A DNA stretch of 64,000 nt from NCBI GenBank assembly GCA_964425075.1, contig CAYRKM010000001.1:106137-170136 (forward strand). The letters are read 5' to 3'. Both the position numbers and the translations under genes were made by a program. Under the pieces are notes generated by a model. It was not told the origin of the DNA, made no database searches, and saw only the letters and a program-made list of their open reading frames with translations. Below are positions 9,382 through 18,995 of the stretch, one piece after another (the stretch's first letter is position 1; each line of letters opens with the position of its first letter). The stretch is from an uncultured Gammaproteobacteria bacterium (GTDB lineage: Bacteria > Patescibacteriota > Microgenomatia > Levybacterales > GWA1-39-11).

Positions 9382-10110
9382 ATGAAAAAGATTGACGTAA
9401 TTATTCCTGCTGGAGGACCCGGTGGTGGTATGTATCCCTTCACTGCAGGAATGCCTAAATCTTTAATTCCAATTGATGATAAGCCGATGCTTATTCATAT
9501 ACTTGAAAATTTGGATCCAAACGTATTTAAGAGGATAATTATTGTTAGTGATAAGTTTTATCCAATGATAGTTGAATATGTAAATGCCTTTAAACACAAA
9601 ATCTCCATACCTATCGAGTTCAAGCAAATATTTCTACCCCCAACTCAAACCTTGCTAGAGCTTAGAGATGAACTTTCAGATGACTTTGCAATTCATTACT
9701 GCGATATCATAACAGGCAAGATAGCATGGAAAGATGCATATCAAAATTATTTAGATAAGAAAAAAACTGAGCCAGAACTAGCCGGAAATCTTTTTGTAAG
9801 CAAATACTACTATCTCCCTATTGGAATAGTAAGACAAGACTCAAAACAGCCTGAATATATCTCTGAATTTGTTGAAAAACCCGAAAGAATAATGCTCAAT
9901 TATGTAAATATGGCTGTTTCTATTTTTAGTAAAAAAATACTTGACGATATCAAACCATCACATATGAGTTTGTACGGAGAGTCAATTCCAAACTCAATAA
10001 CTAAAGGTAAAAAATTTATTTACGAGGAACATGGAAAATGGTATCACTTTCAAAGAATTGGAGAATGGTTTGATAACCAACACGATTTTTACGAAAACAG
10101 ATCTAAATAA
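9382..10110 (+). CDS. Sugar-phosphate nucleotidyltransferase family protein
   Basis: IPAGGPG..MYPFT..PKSLIPI, YCDII and FVEKP motifs; start moved to ATG 9382, 6 nt after the TATTAT box. Confidence 0.85.
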   Translation: MKKIDVIIPAGGPGGGMYPFTAGMPKSLIPIDDKPMLIHILENLDPNVFKRIIIVSDKFYPMIVEYVNAFKHKISIPIEFKQIFLPPTQTLLELRDELSDDFAIHYCDIITGKIAWKDAYQNYLDKKKTEPELAGNLFVSKYYYLPIGIVRQDSKQPEYISEFVEKPERIMLNYVNMAVSIFSKKILDDIKPSHMSLYGESIPNSITKGKKFIYEEHGKWYHFQRIGEWFDNQHDFYENRSK

Positions 10111-10112
10111 TC

Positions 10113-10955
10113 CTAATTCACCCAAAATTTAGTCCCGTCTGTAACAATTTCAATATCCCCTTTCTCATCAGTTCTTAAGTATTTTAGGTTATTTTGCTTT
10201 AAAACATCTAAAACTTCTTTATGGGGATGCCCATAGCGGTTGTTTTTGCCTGAAGAAATTATTGATAACTCCGGCTTTATGTGTGAGAAAGTTTCATTGT
10301 CCGTACCTGTATATGAGCCGTGATGGGAAAGTTTGAGAACATCAATATCTTTTTGAGTATCAATTATTGTATTCAAAATCTCTTTATCAAGATCTCCATC
10401 AAGTAGTAATTCAAAATTCCCAAACTTTACGATTTGAACTAAAGATAAATTGTTATCATCCGCCCCAACATTTTTTTCAAATTCCTTTGTTGGCCAAAGG
10501 GTAAGTATCTCGACTGAACTTGAGAATACAAATTTGTCTCCTTTGTAAATTATTTTATTTACAGAACCCTCTTTCTTGACTAATTCCTCCAAATACTCAT
10601 AGCTTTGGGCAGGAGAAGTATTGCTGCTTTTAGCATAATAAATTATTTTATAAGCCTCAAAAATACCACTTAAGCCACCATAATGATCAAGGTCAGCGTG
10701 AGTTGAGAAAACTATATCAATGGTTCTGTCCCAAAACGGCATGTGACGACTCAAGCACTCAAGCATTTTTTCATTTGCCCCTGCGTCCACTACAATATCT
10801 TTTTTGTCAGGAGTTCTTATGTAAATCCCGTCCCCCTGCCCCACGTCACAAAATACAATATGAAGCCTATTATCAGACGACTTTATGGCTTGATAAATAC
10901 TCATAGTCATTAAGACAAAAGTTGAAAATAATATTAATATGAGGTTTTTCTTCAT
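10113..10955 (-). CDS. ComEC/Rec2-type metallo-beta-lactamase-fold nuclease (stand-alone)
   Basis: DVGQGD, THADLDHYGG, SHHGS and NRYGHPH motifs. Confidence 0.92.
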   Translation of the reverse strand: MKKNLILILFSTFVLMTMSIYQAIKSSDNRLHIVFCDVGQGDGIYIRTPDKKDIVVDAGANEKMLECLSRHMPFWDRTIDIVFSTHADLDHYGGLSGIFEAYKIIYYAKSSNTSPAQSYEYLEELVKKEGSVNKIIYKGDKFVFSSSVEILTLWPTKEFEKNVGADDNNLSLVQIVKFGNFELLLDGDLDKEILNTIIDTQKDIDVLKLSHHGSYTGTDNETFSHIKPELSIISSGKNNRYGHPHKEVLDVLKQNNLKYLRTDEKGDIEIVTDGTKFWVN

Positions 10956-12142
10956 TTACCCTTTACTTTTATAATTACTGCAAGCAACAACAAATAGTAT
11001 CCTAACATCAATGGCAAAGGCAAATATGATGAATTTATACTCAAGTTTATACTGCTAAAAGTTTCGACAATTAGCCTGAAATAGAACAAAAATGGATAGG
11101 AAATTAAGAAAAACGGGTAGGAAAGCGCTGGAAATAGTAAGGAAATAAGACTACCAATCCCCGCTAGTCCCATAATCAACGGCACTGTCCATAGAATTAA
11201 AAAATTAACTGGAAAAGAAATTAGTGGAAAAGATCCAAAAGTACCAAGAAGAAGTGGAAATGTTGTGATTTGGGCAGAAACAGTTGTTGAAATATCATCT
11301 CTTATAATTGTAAACATAAAAAAGCGGTCTATGAGAGGTTTTATTACAAGAATTCCAAATGTTGCGGCAAATGAAAGTTGAAAAGAGATGTCCTCAATTA
11401 ATGTGGGTGAGAAAAGCACCATGAACCAACCTGAAAGGACCAGGAGCCAAACGCTCACCTGCTGTTTGCCCAAAAGCAATGCAGTATACGACAAAAATGC
11501 CATGATACTTGCCCTTACAATCGGCGGATCAAAACCTGCAAGAAGTGCGTAAAACAGTATAATTAAGCCTGTTGAGGCAACTGCAAACTTTCTTTTCATG
11601 AAGGATTGAAACACTGGCAACAAAAAGCCTGCAAGAATTGAAACATTTGCGCCGCTTGCCGCAACTACATGTAAAACCCCTACACTTCTAAGTTCCTCAT
11701 AATAACCTGGTGGGATTTTATCCCTAACCCCAAGTACGATTCCAAGTAATAATCCTGCTTCTTTTGCTGGCATTACTGCCATAACTGATGATGACACTCT
11801 CTGGCGGATGAATTTTGAGAGTGCTAGAAATGAACTTGAATTTTTGTATTTTGTAACCTTTGGGTTTTTTACCAACAAAAGGTCGCCATTTACTGACAAC
11901 TCTACTTCTCCTTCTAATTTTACCTTGTCTCCGTATTCAAATTTGGGAAATAGGGGTAAGGTTACCAAAACATTATCTGTGAAAAAGTATTGTGAAATAT
12001 CATTTTTTTTGGGTTCCTTAAGGAAAGTATAATCTTTAACAAAAGTCTCTCCAGGCTCAAATACGTGTCTTTCTGAATAAAAAAAGAGAAGTCTTATGGA
12101 AAGTACTATAAAAAGGATGATAAAAAGAAGAAATCGCTGCAT
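10952..12142 (-). CDS. comEC: ComEC/Rec2 competence channel domain protein
   Basis: GVLHVVAASGANV, PPIVRASIM and SFQLSFAAT; multi-TM. Confidence 0.92.
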   Translation of the reverse strand: MQRFLLFIILFIVLSIRLLFFYSERHVFEPGETFVKDYTFLKEPKKNDISQYFFTDNVLVTLPLFPKFEYGDKVKLEGEVELSVNGDLLLVKNPKVTKYKNSSSFLALSKFIRQRVSSSVMAVMPAKEAGLLLGIVLGVRDKIPPGYYEELRSVGVLHVVAASGANVSILAGFLLPVFQSFMKRKFAVASTGLIILFYALLAGFDPPIVRASIMAFLSYTALLLGKQQVSVWLLVLSGWFMVLFSPTLIEDISFQLSFAATFGILVIKPLIDRFFMFTIIRDDISTTVSAQITTFPLLLGTFGSFPLISFPVNFLILWTVPLIMGLAGIGSLISLLFPALSYPFFLISYPFLFYFRLIVETFSSINLSINSSYLPLPLMLGYYLLLLAVIIKVKGK

Positions 12143-12753
12143 TAAAAGGTGGAAATATTATCTTTTATAGCATCAAATGTTTTTTGGCCAAGCACTTTCT
12201 TCTCGATAAGCTCTTCAATTTTTACATATGGCCGATTATCTATTATTTTTTGAGCTGTAACAGGACCAATTTTTGGCAAACTTTCAAGTTGGGATGAGGA
12301 AGCTGAATTGATATTGATTAAACCCGAAAATGAGGTTGTGGAGTTCGAATTTGAGCCCGTAGAGACAATTCCAGCAACCTCCTCGCCCCTGGCTGGAATA
12401 TAAATTTTCAAACCATCGGTAACCGGTTGAGCTAGATTTAGGGCCTTTGAGATATATTCTCTATCAGCGTCAACCGAAAGTCCGCCCGCTGCAGATAAAG
12501 CATCTTGTATTCTTGAATTAGCTTTAAGCTCATAAACACCAGGTTTCTCTACACTACCTGCAACATCAATAAATATTTTTGAATTAGTATCATCTGCCTT
12601 AGCCTCTGAGGGAATAAATTCTATGTCATTTTTTGGAGGTGATAGATACTGAAATAATCCAAAAACTATTAAGATAATTGAAGCTGAAAAAAGACCAACG
12701 AAGAGAAGATTTTGACGGATAAATTTGAGTATGAATGGTTGTTCACCCTCCAT
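12142..12753 (-). CDS. comEA: ComEA DNA receptor (SLBB + HhH)
   Basis: DVAGSVEKPGVY, ININSAS and LPKIGPVTAQKII. Confidence 0.95.
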   Translation of the reverse strand: MEGEQPFILKFIRQNLLFVGLFSASIILIVFGLFQYLSPPKNDIEFIPSEAKADDTNSKIFIDVAGSVEKPGVYELKANSRIQDALSAAGGLSVDADREYISKALNLAQPVTDGLKIYIPARGEEVAGIVSTGSNSNSTTSFSGLININSASSSQLESLPKIGPVTAQKIIDNRPYVKIEELIEKKVLGQKTFDAIKDNISTF

Positions 12754-12809
12754 ACCACTAGACTAACAATAAATAGAAATGCTTGTAAAGAAGGAAAATA
12801 ACGATTTTC

Positions 12810-12860
12810 TTTTGCAGTTGAAACAAAAGCTTTTGGTACTTCTGGAGGTCAAAAAGACCA
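12810..12860 (+). repeat. Truncated copy of the long-hairpin repeat family
   Basis: TTTGCAGTTGAAACAAA matches 42879; AGCTTTTGGTACTT matches 43075. Confidence 0.45.
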
Positions 12861-12869
12861 AATAGAAAA

Positions 12870-15869
12870 CTATTTAACCACTATATTGAGGATTTTTCCC
12901 TCTACGTATATAACTTTTACAACATCTTGCCCTTCTAAGTACTTTGAAAGTTGCTCTCTTGCCATTTTTTCTATCTTTTCCTTATCCTTTGCCTCAAGAG
13001 ACTTAACCTCAATAATAAGCCTCTTTTTACCGTTAACCTGCACTACAATATCAGCAGTTTCACTCTGAAGCATTGCGCTATCAAAGTCTGGCCATGAGCT
13101 TATGTGAATTGAGTTAGTATTTCCTAATTTCTGCCACAGCTCCTCTGTCATGTGAGGCGCAAATGGGGCCAAAAGCTTTAAATATGTCTCTTTTTCTTCT
13201 CTCATCAACCCTTCTTGAGTAGAAAGAAAGTTATACCATTCCATTAGTGAGGCTAAAGCAGTATTGTTTGTAAACTCTTCTACCTGTTTTGTTACCTTTT
13301 GAATTGTTCTGTGCATAAATCTTTTTGCTTCAATTGAAGCTTCGTTTGTCTCAGGTTTCTCGCTTATGAGTTTCCAAACTTTCTTAAGGAATCTATTCAT
13401 TCCCTCAATTCCACTATCTCTAAAGTCTCCACCCTCAGATAAAGGTGCGATAAACATTAAATAAGAGCGCAAAGTATCAGCCCCATATTTAGAGATATAT
13501 GCATCAGGAACTACCACATTGCCCTTAGACTTTGACATTTTCGCCCCATCTTTTATCACAAGGCCATTAGCAAAAAATCTGGAAAATGGTTCTTCGAAGT
13601 TCAAATATTTCAAATCGTGAAGCGCCATCGTGATAAAACGCGCATACAAAAGATGTAGCACTGAATGTTCAGCTCCGCCAATATACATATTCACAGGAAG
13701 CCATTTTTTAGTAATTTCTGTATCAAAAGGTGCGGTTTGTATATCAATTGATGGGTATCTTAAGAAATACCATGCGCTATCAAGAAACGTATCACTAACA
13801 TCAGTCTCGCGTTTAGCTGGCTTACCACACTTAGGACAATCAACTTCAAAAAACTCAGGATGGTTATCAAGGGGAGCTTTTCCTGTGCCCATTGGTTTCC
13901 AATCTTCTACATCCGGAAGCAAAACAGGCAATTTATCATCAGAAACACAATACCATCCGGGCATGTCATTACGCTCACCCTTATTGTTTGTTGCACAATT
14001 CTCACAATAAATCATCGGAATTGGTGGTCCCCAATAACGTTGTCTAGAGATAAGCCAATCTCTAAGGTGATACTGTATCTTTCTTTTGCCAATTTTCTTT
14101 GCCTCAAGCGAGCTCAAAATTTTATCAGCGTCTTCCGGCATGTGAAAACCATTCCATTCATCAGATCCTATAATTTCTCCTTTTCCCTCAAACGCTTCAC
14201 TTAATTCTCCATTCTTAATTCTTGACTCTTTATCTTGAATTACTTGGACAATCGGTAGATCATATTTCTTAGCAAACTCGAAGTCTCTCTGGTCATGAGC
14301 TGGAACTGCCATAATTGCACCCGTCCCATAGCCTGAAAGAACATAGTCTGCTACAAAAATTCGTATTTTTTTCTGATTGAGTGGATTTATGGCAAAAAGA
14401 CCAGTATCTACTCCAGTTTTTTCTTTTCCTTCTGCAGTACGCTCAATATCCGTCTTGCTCTTCGCCATTTCTATATACTCTTTAACTTCTTGACCATTGT
14501 TATTATTTGCTACTTGCTCCGCAAGCGGGTGCTCTGGTGCAATTACCATAAAAGTTGCCCCATATAATGTATCAGGCCTAGTTGTAAAGACTTTTAGGCT
14601 ATTTAGCAAAACTTCAAGTACCTTTGGCTCAATTTCTCCACAGATGTGATCATCTTTGGACTCAAAATCTATGATTTCTCCACCAATTTGTTCCTTTATG
14701 TAGTCTGCTCTCTCTTTTGGTACAGCAGTATCATTTTTAGCTCTTAACAGTACTATATTCGCCACATTTTTCTTTATGGTTTGTGTATCAAACTGTCCGA
14801 TTTGTTCCTCAAATGACTTATCATGATCTAAAAATCCTGGCTGCATAAATCCGGCTCCTAAAACTAAATTTTTAATAGGCTTTTCCAGCTTTTCAAGAAC
14901 TTTTAAGGCAACGACTGAACCAAGGCTATGCCCTAAAATTACCGTATTTTCATCAATTTGAGCATTTTTTAAAACAAATTCAGCCTGTTCATCTATATTA
15001 GGATTATCAGTATTGGGCAGGTTTTGAGCCCAAACTTTATTGCCCCTCTTTTCTAGTTCTTTCTTAAGCCATGGAAAGAAATTAGCCTCAACTGACCCAG
15101 TATATCCATGCAAAAGAACATAATTAGACTTTTCATCTACTTCAAACTCCACTTCTGCTCCTTCGCTTTTTCCTATCCAATTTCTTTGGGCAATTTTGAC
15201 CTTTTCAGTCCAATTGAGACTCTCAATATTATTTAAAAGTCTCTCAGCGTAATTTGTAATCCTAAAAAACCACTGCTCAAGCTCTTTCTTCTCCACTTTG
15301 CTTCCACATCTCTCACACTCTCCTGCTATAACCTGCTCGTCAGATAACACTGTTTGATCCTGAGGACACCAATTTACGGTCGCCTTTTTACGGTAAGCAA
15401 GGCCATTTTTAAAGAGTTGTGTGAAAAGCCATTGTGTCCATTTATAATATTCAGGGTCATAAGTTTCAATTGTCCTATTCCAATCAAATGAATTTCCAAT
15501 ACTTTTAAGTTGGCGGTAGAAGTTAGACTCTGCTATTTCAGCCTGAACTTTTGGATGACGGCCCACTTTCATGGCATAGTTTTCACTATGGATTCCAAAT
15601 CCATCAAGCCCAATTGGCTCGAAAACATCATTTCCCTTCATTCTCTGGTAACGCCCATATACATCAGCGCCTGTAAAAGCGTACATATTACCCACGTGAA
15701 GACCCTCAGCTGAAGGGTACAGGAACATCATGAGGTTGAAAAAAGGTTTTTTTGCGTTGATTATATTTGGAGAATACAATTTATCACTCTCCCAAACTTC
15801 CTGCCATTTGGCTTCAATTTCTGAGTGGTTATACTCCTTTTTTGAACTGTTTTGTTTATCTTGTGCCAT
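12870..15869 (-). CDS. leuS: Leucine--tRNA ligase with inserted alpha/beta hydrolase domain
   Basis: YPSAEGLHVGN (HIGH), FTTRPDT, GTGAIMAVPAHDQRD, DWLISRQRYWG and KMSKSKGN; insert carries LHGY and GHSLG. Confidence 0.97.
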   Translation of the reverse strand: MAQDKQNSSKKEYNHSEIEAKWQEVWESDKLYSPNIINAKKPFFNLMMFLYPSAEGLHVGNMYAFTGADVYGRYQRMKGNDVFEPIGLDGFGIHSENYAMKVGRHPKVQAEIAESNFYRQLKSIGNSFDWNRTIETYDPEYYKWTQWLFTQLFKNGLAYRKKATVNWCPQDQTVLSDEQVIAGECERCGSKVEKKELEQWFFRITNYAERLLNNIESLNWTEKVKIAQRNWIGKSEGAEVEFEVDEKSNYVLLHGYTGSVEANFFPWLKKELEKRGNKVWAQNLPNTDNPNIDEQAEFVLKNAQIDENTVILGHSLGSVVALKVLEKLEKPIKNLVLGAGFMQPGFLDHDKSFEEQIGQFDTQTIKKNVANIVLLRAKNDTAVPKERADYIKEQIGGEIIDFESKDDHICGEIEPKVLEVLLNSLKVFTTRPDTLYGATFMVIAPEHPLAEQVANNNNGQEVKEYIEMAKSKTDIERTAEGKEKTGVDTGLFAINPLNQKKIRIFVADYVLSGYGTGAIMAVPAHDQRDFEFAKKYDLPIVQVIQDKESRIKNGELSEAFEGKGEIIGSDEWNGFHMPEDADKILSSLEAKKIGKRKIQYHLRDWLISRQRYWGPPIPMIYCENCATNNKGERNDMPGWYCVSDDKLPVLLPDVEDWKPMGTGKAPLDNHPEFFEVDCPKCGKPAKRETDVSDTFLDSAWYFLRYPSIDIQTAPFDTEITKKWLPVNMYIGGAEHSVLHLLYARFITMALHDLKYLNFEEPFSRFFANGLVIKDGAKMSKSKGNVVVPDAYISKYGADTLRSYLMFIAPLSEGGDFRDSGIEGMNRFLKKVWKLISEKPETNEASIEAKRFMHRTIQKVTKQVEEFTNNTALASLMEWYNFLSTQEGLMREEKETYLKLLAPFAPHMTEELWQKLGNTNSIHISSWPDFDSAMLQSETADIVVQVNGKKRLIIEVKSLEAKDKEKIEKMAREQLSKYLEGQDVVKVIYVEGKILNIVVK

Positions 15870-16216
15870 GTTTTAATTGTAAATTGCCCCCCTGGCGAGC
15901 CTCGCCTTTGGCGGGAAAACTGTGAATTAGCTTCGAAATTCAATACGACTTTATAATCGTTATATCCGACATTACTTTATTATAAGGCATATTTCATTGA
16001 AAATTGAAAATTGAAAAATGAAAATTGCACTCTAGTATACCAAATGAGGCTAAAAAAACACCATGCAATTTACTCCAGGATATATAATTATGGTATAATT
16101 ACTTCCTTAGCAACCCGGTTCTGACACGCAAAAAGCTTGCGCTTATTAGGACTGTGGATGCAGTTCTTTGACAGCGTAGGTTAACACCAACGATAACTCG
16201 CTATAGGAGGTAAAAC

Positions 16217-16489
16217 ATGCCGCTCCTGATTGCTCTGTGGCTGATGTCCTGCATCGGCATTGGAGTACGAACGTACTCCAATCCGAAGGACATTAAGGGC
16301 ATCGCAATTGCGTTTGGACTTTGTGCTGTCCCACTCACGTGGGCATTCGGCAACGGTCCGGCCGCAATCATCATTGCGGTCTCTTTCCTCGTCTGTATTC
16401 TCTTTGGAGCCTGGCTTCGAAGATATTACGGCGAGGAGATCAACCAGTTCTTGTGCAGGCTCGAGGAGAAATTCTACGAGCTGAAATAA
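16217..16489 (+). CDS. Small membrane protein (GC-rich islet 3)
   Basis: Strong SD GGAGGT; three hydrophobic segments. Confidence 0.7.
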   Translation: MPLLIALWLMSCIGIGVRTYSNPKDIKGIAIAFGLCAVPLTWAFGNGPAAIIIAVSFLVCILFGAWLRRYYGEEINQFLCRLEEKFYELK

Positions 16490-16544
16490 TGCAGACTAGA
16501 AAACCCAGCGACCAATACCCAACCTGAAAGGAAGGGATGAACAG

Positions 16545-17084
16545 ATGCGACCAGGAAAAGAAACCGTCAAGAACGCAGGCTTTGTTACTATCGTGGCAAC
16601 GTTTACGATCATGATTGGGGTACTCTTTGTGGCTTCTGGAGAGAAACCAGAACCTGCAACGAGCTCCAGGGCCAAAGTTGACCTCCAGTTGTTGGCCTCG
16701 CCAACAACTGTACCAACACTGCTTCCTGCAGCTTCTCGCTGTTCTGAAGCAATATACATATACCCTCAAGGCGTAATTCTATTCCACAACTTGGATCCAT
16801 ATCCTGTCGATGGATTCGATTTCCAAGTCTGCACAACAGACAGGATGACGCCGATAACAGCTGCTGATATGATGGTCGCAGCTAACGAGGGGCAACTCGC
16901 AATGGAGGAAAGTCTCCTCTGGGATCCAGACCTTCTAATGAGAGTATTCTTAGAAGCGGCTGTCCCAAGGATATCGCAACTCCATCCCGAGCTAAGAGGG
17001 CTGCTTCTGGAGACATACTTCCAGTTCATACCTAAAGGAGGAGTCATCCCCACAGCGACAGCAACATCAAGACCCTCTACATAG
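16545..17084 (+). CDS. Hypothetical membrane-anchored or secreted protein (GC-rich islet 3)
   Basis: AAGGAAGGGA upstream; N-terminal TM; followed by a hairpin. Confidence 0.65.
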   Translation: MRPGKETVKNAGFVTIVATFTIMIGVLFVASGEKPEPATSSRAKVDLQLLASPTTVPTLLPAASRCSEAIYIYPQGVILFHNLDPYPVDGFDFQVCTTDRMTPITAADMMVAANEGQLAMEESLLWDPDLLMRVFLEAAVPRISQLHPELRGLLLETYFQFIPKGGVIPTATATSRPST

Positions 17085-17124
17085 GGGCGGCACATCGATT
17101 GGCTAAGAAACCTACGCGACTAGA

Positions 17125-17166
17125 CTCCCGCTTTGCCCTAACCGGCTGAGCGGGAGAAACCCTTTT
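17125..17166 (+). terminator. Intrinsic terminator-like hairpin
   Basis: CTCCCGCT...AGCGGGAG stem with TTTT shortly after. Confidence 0.55.
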
Positions 17167-17213
17167 AAAGCCCCAAACTTGAACTTTCTATATAAATCCA
17201 CTACGATTAAATT

Positions 17214-17822
17214 ATGCCGCTACTCTTTCAATCAATATCAATTCTCTCATCCATATTCTTTGTTTATTTAGTACAAAACTCTGTATTTAGCAGTTATTCT
17301 TCGTATCTGCTAGCCCTCCTAATTATCTTTTCAATTATCTATACTACGCTCAAAAAACGCTCAAAATCAGCTAATACTCTTTTTTCTGGCACTCCTATGG
17401 AGTTGTTTGCTAGTAGCAGCATAATTCTTTTGATAATTAGCCTTACAGGCAATATTTCCTCCCCTCTCTTCTTCTTTCTATACTTTTTATTAATAATGCT
17501 TGTTTTTCTTTCAGGCCCAATTAGCACTCTCATATTTGCTTTGGGATTAACTCTATACTTTTTACCTGAAACCTTAAATAATCCTGTCCCTGAAAACATT
17601 GTAAAACTAGCTTCATTTATTCTTTTAGCTCCAATCGGATACTTTATAGGGCGGGAATTTGAAAACAGAAAGGTGCTTGATGAAAAAATTGAAGCTAAAA
17701 CTGAGGAAATTATACAAGAAGCTCAAAATCTTAAAGAAGCGTCAAAGCAGCCTGATGAAGAAGAAGCTTTGGACGAAATTATCGAAGAGGCAGAAAGTTT
17801 GAGGCAAGACAGTGAAAAATGA
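17214..17822 (+). CDS. Multi-pass membrane protein with acidic coiled-coil tail
   Basis: Five to six TM segments, LTGNISSPLFF motif; promoter TTGAAC-17-TACGAT-6-ATG. Confidence 0.8.
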   Translation: MPLLFQSISILSSIFFVYLVQNSVFSSYSSYLLALLIIFSIIYTTLKKRSKSANTLFSGTPMELFASSSIILLIISLTGNISSPLFFFLYFLLIMLVFLSGPISTLIFALGLTLYFLPETLNNPVPENIVKLASFILLAPIGYFIGREFENRKVLDEKIEAKTEEIIQEAQNLKEASKQPDEEEALDEIIEEAESLRQDSEK

Positions 17823-18595
17823 ATATGAAAACTGCTATTAAACACCTCTATTCTCCCATGGGCACAATTGCTTTCTTAAGCATAAACTTTGCCCTTTTTG
17901 CTCTATTTTATGCTCAGACTATTGATGCTCAAAGTCGAATGTCAAACGATAGGTTCATTATTAGGTTCGGAAATCTTAACACCGCAGCTGGAAATTCTTC
18001 CAATTCACAATATGGCTTGGGACAAACTGTTGGACAAATAGCCCCAGGCCTTTATAGTGGCACAAATTACAAGGTTCGCGCGGGTTTCCAGTACATACAT
18101 AGCATCATACCCTTTGCCTTCTCTATTTCGTCACAATTTGTTGATTTTGGGCCAATTACACCAGGCGCTGCAATTACCCGTACAAATGTACTTACAATTT
18201 CAAATGGCTCAGCTTATGGATACTCAGTTCTTGCTTCAGAAAACCATCCTTTGAGGGTAAATCCGATAGGCGTAGATATTCCCGACACAACGTGTGACTC
18301 TGGAACTTGTAACGAACAAACAGCCTCAGCCTGGACAAGTGTACTCACTTATGGCTTTGGCTACCGCTGCGATAACTTAGTCGGGGCTGACTGCCAATCT
18401 GGATTTTCATCAAGTGATAATTATCGTCAGTTTGCCTCAAGTAGTTCTGGAGAATTAGCATTTCCTGTAATGCGTGGTGTAAATGTAGGCAGAAACATCC
18501 AGTCACAGATTACATATAAGGTAAATATTTCCTCAACTCAGCCTGCGGGATTATATGAAAATGTCATTACATACGTAGCTACTCCCTCTATCTAA
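17819..18595 (+). CDS. Secreted WxL-like protein (second copy)
   Basis: Signal peptide; LTISNGSAYGYSV and a C-terminal PAGLYENVITYVATPSI that parallels 874..2334. Confidence 0.75.
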   Translation: MNMKTAIKHLYSPMGTIAFLSINFALFALFYAQTIDAQSRMSNDRFIIRFGNLNTAAGNSSNSQYGLGQTVGQIAPGLYSGTNYKVRAGFQYIHSIIPFAFSISSQFVDFGPITPGAAITRTNVLTISNGSAYGYSVLASENHPLRVNPIGVDIPDTTCDSGTCNEQTASAWTSVLTYGFGYRCDNLVGADCQSGFSSSDNYRQFASSSSGELAFPVMRGVNVGRNIQSQITYKVNISSTQPAGLYENVITYVATPSI

Positions 18596-18694
18596 ATTTA
18601 TAAGTGAAAAGTTGCATCTTCGGAGTTAAAAGTCGCAATTTGAGCTTGGATTTGTATAATTGTAGTATATTTTGTGCGTAGTAAAGGCTAGGAA

Positions 18695-18719
18695 TTTAAA
18701 AAACGTTGATATATCAATC
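18695..18719. repeat. 25-bp exact repeat with palindromic core, copy 1
   Basis: TTTAAAAAACGTTGATATATCAATC, identical to 53995-54019. Confidence 0.85.
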
Positions 18720-18995
18720 CAAAGTCTATACTCTACTTGTTATCACTTTGACCATCTTTTTGCCATTTGCAATTTTGAAAACCAAGCAAACTAAATGATA
18801 TACTTTGATATATATATTTTCACAGAGTGCTTTTCACACTTAATCTCGGAAGTAAAATAAATCTATTACCGCATAACTCGAAAAATAATACAAACTTGGG
18901 CTTATATATAACTCCGCTAGAATACTACTTCTGTGAAACATAAACCCGGGAACATAAAACTTTAACTTTTAGATTATTTACAGTAGTATGAATAT

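Noticed and set aside
10113-12753. Split comEC as a novelty or pseudogene
   Set aside because: Both parts are intact with overlapping stop/start and the MBL part has its own N-terminal anchor; separate competence and MBL genes are a known arrangement.
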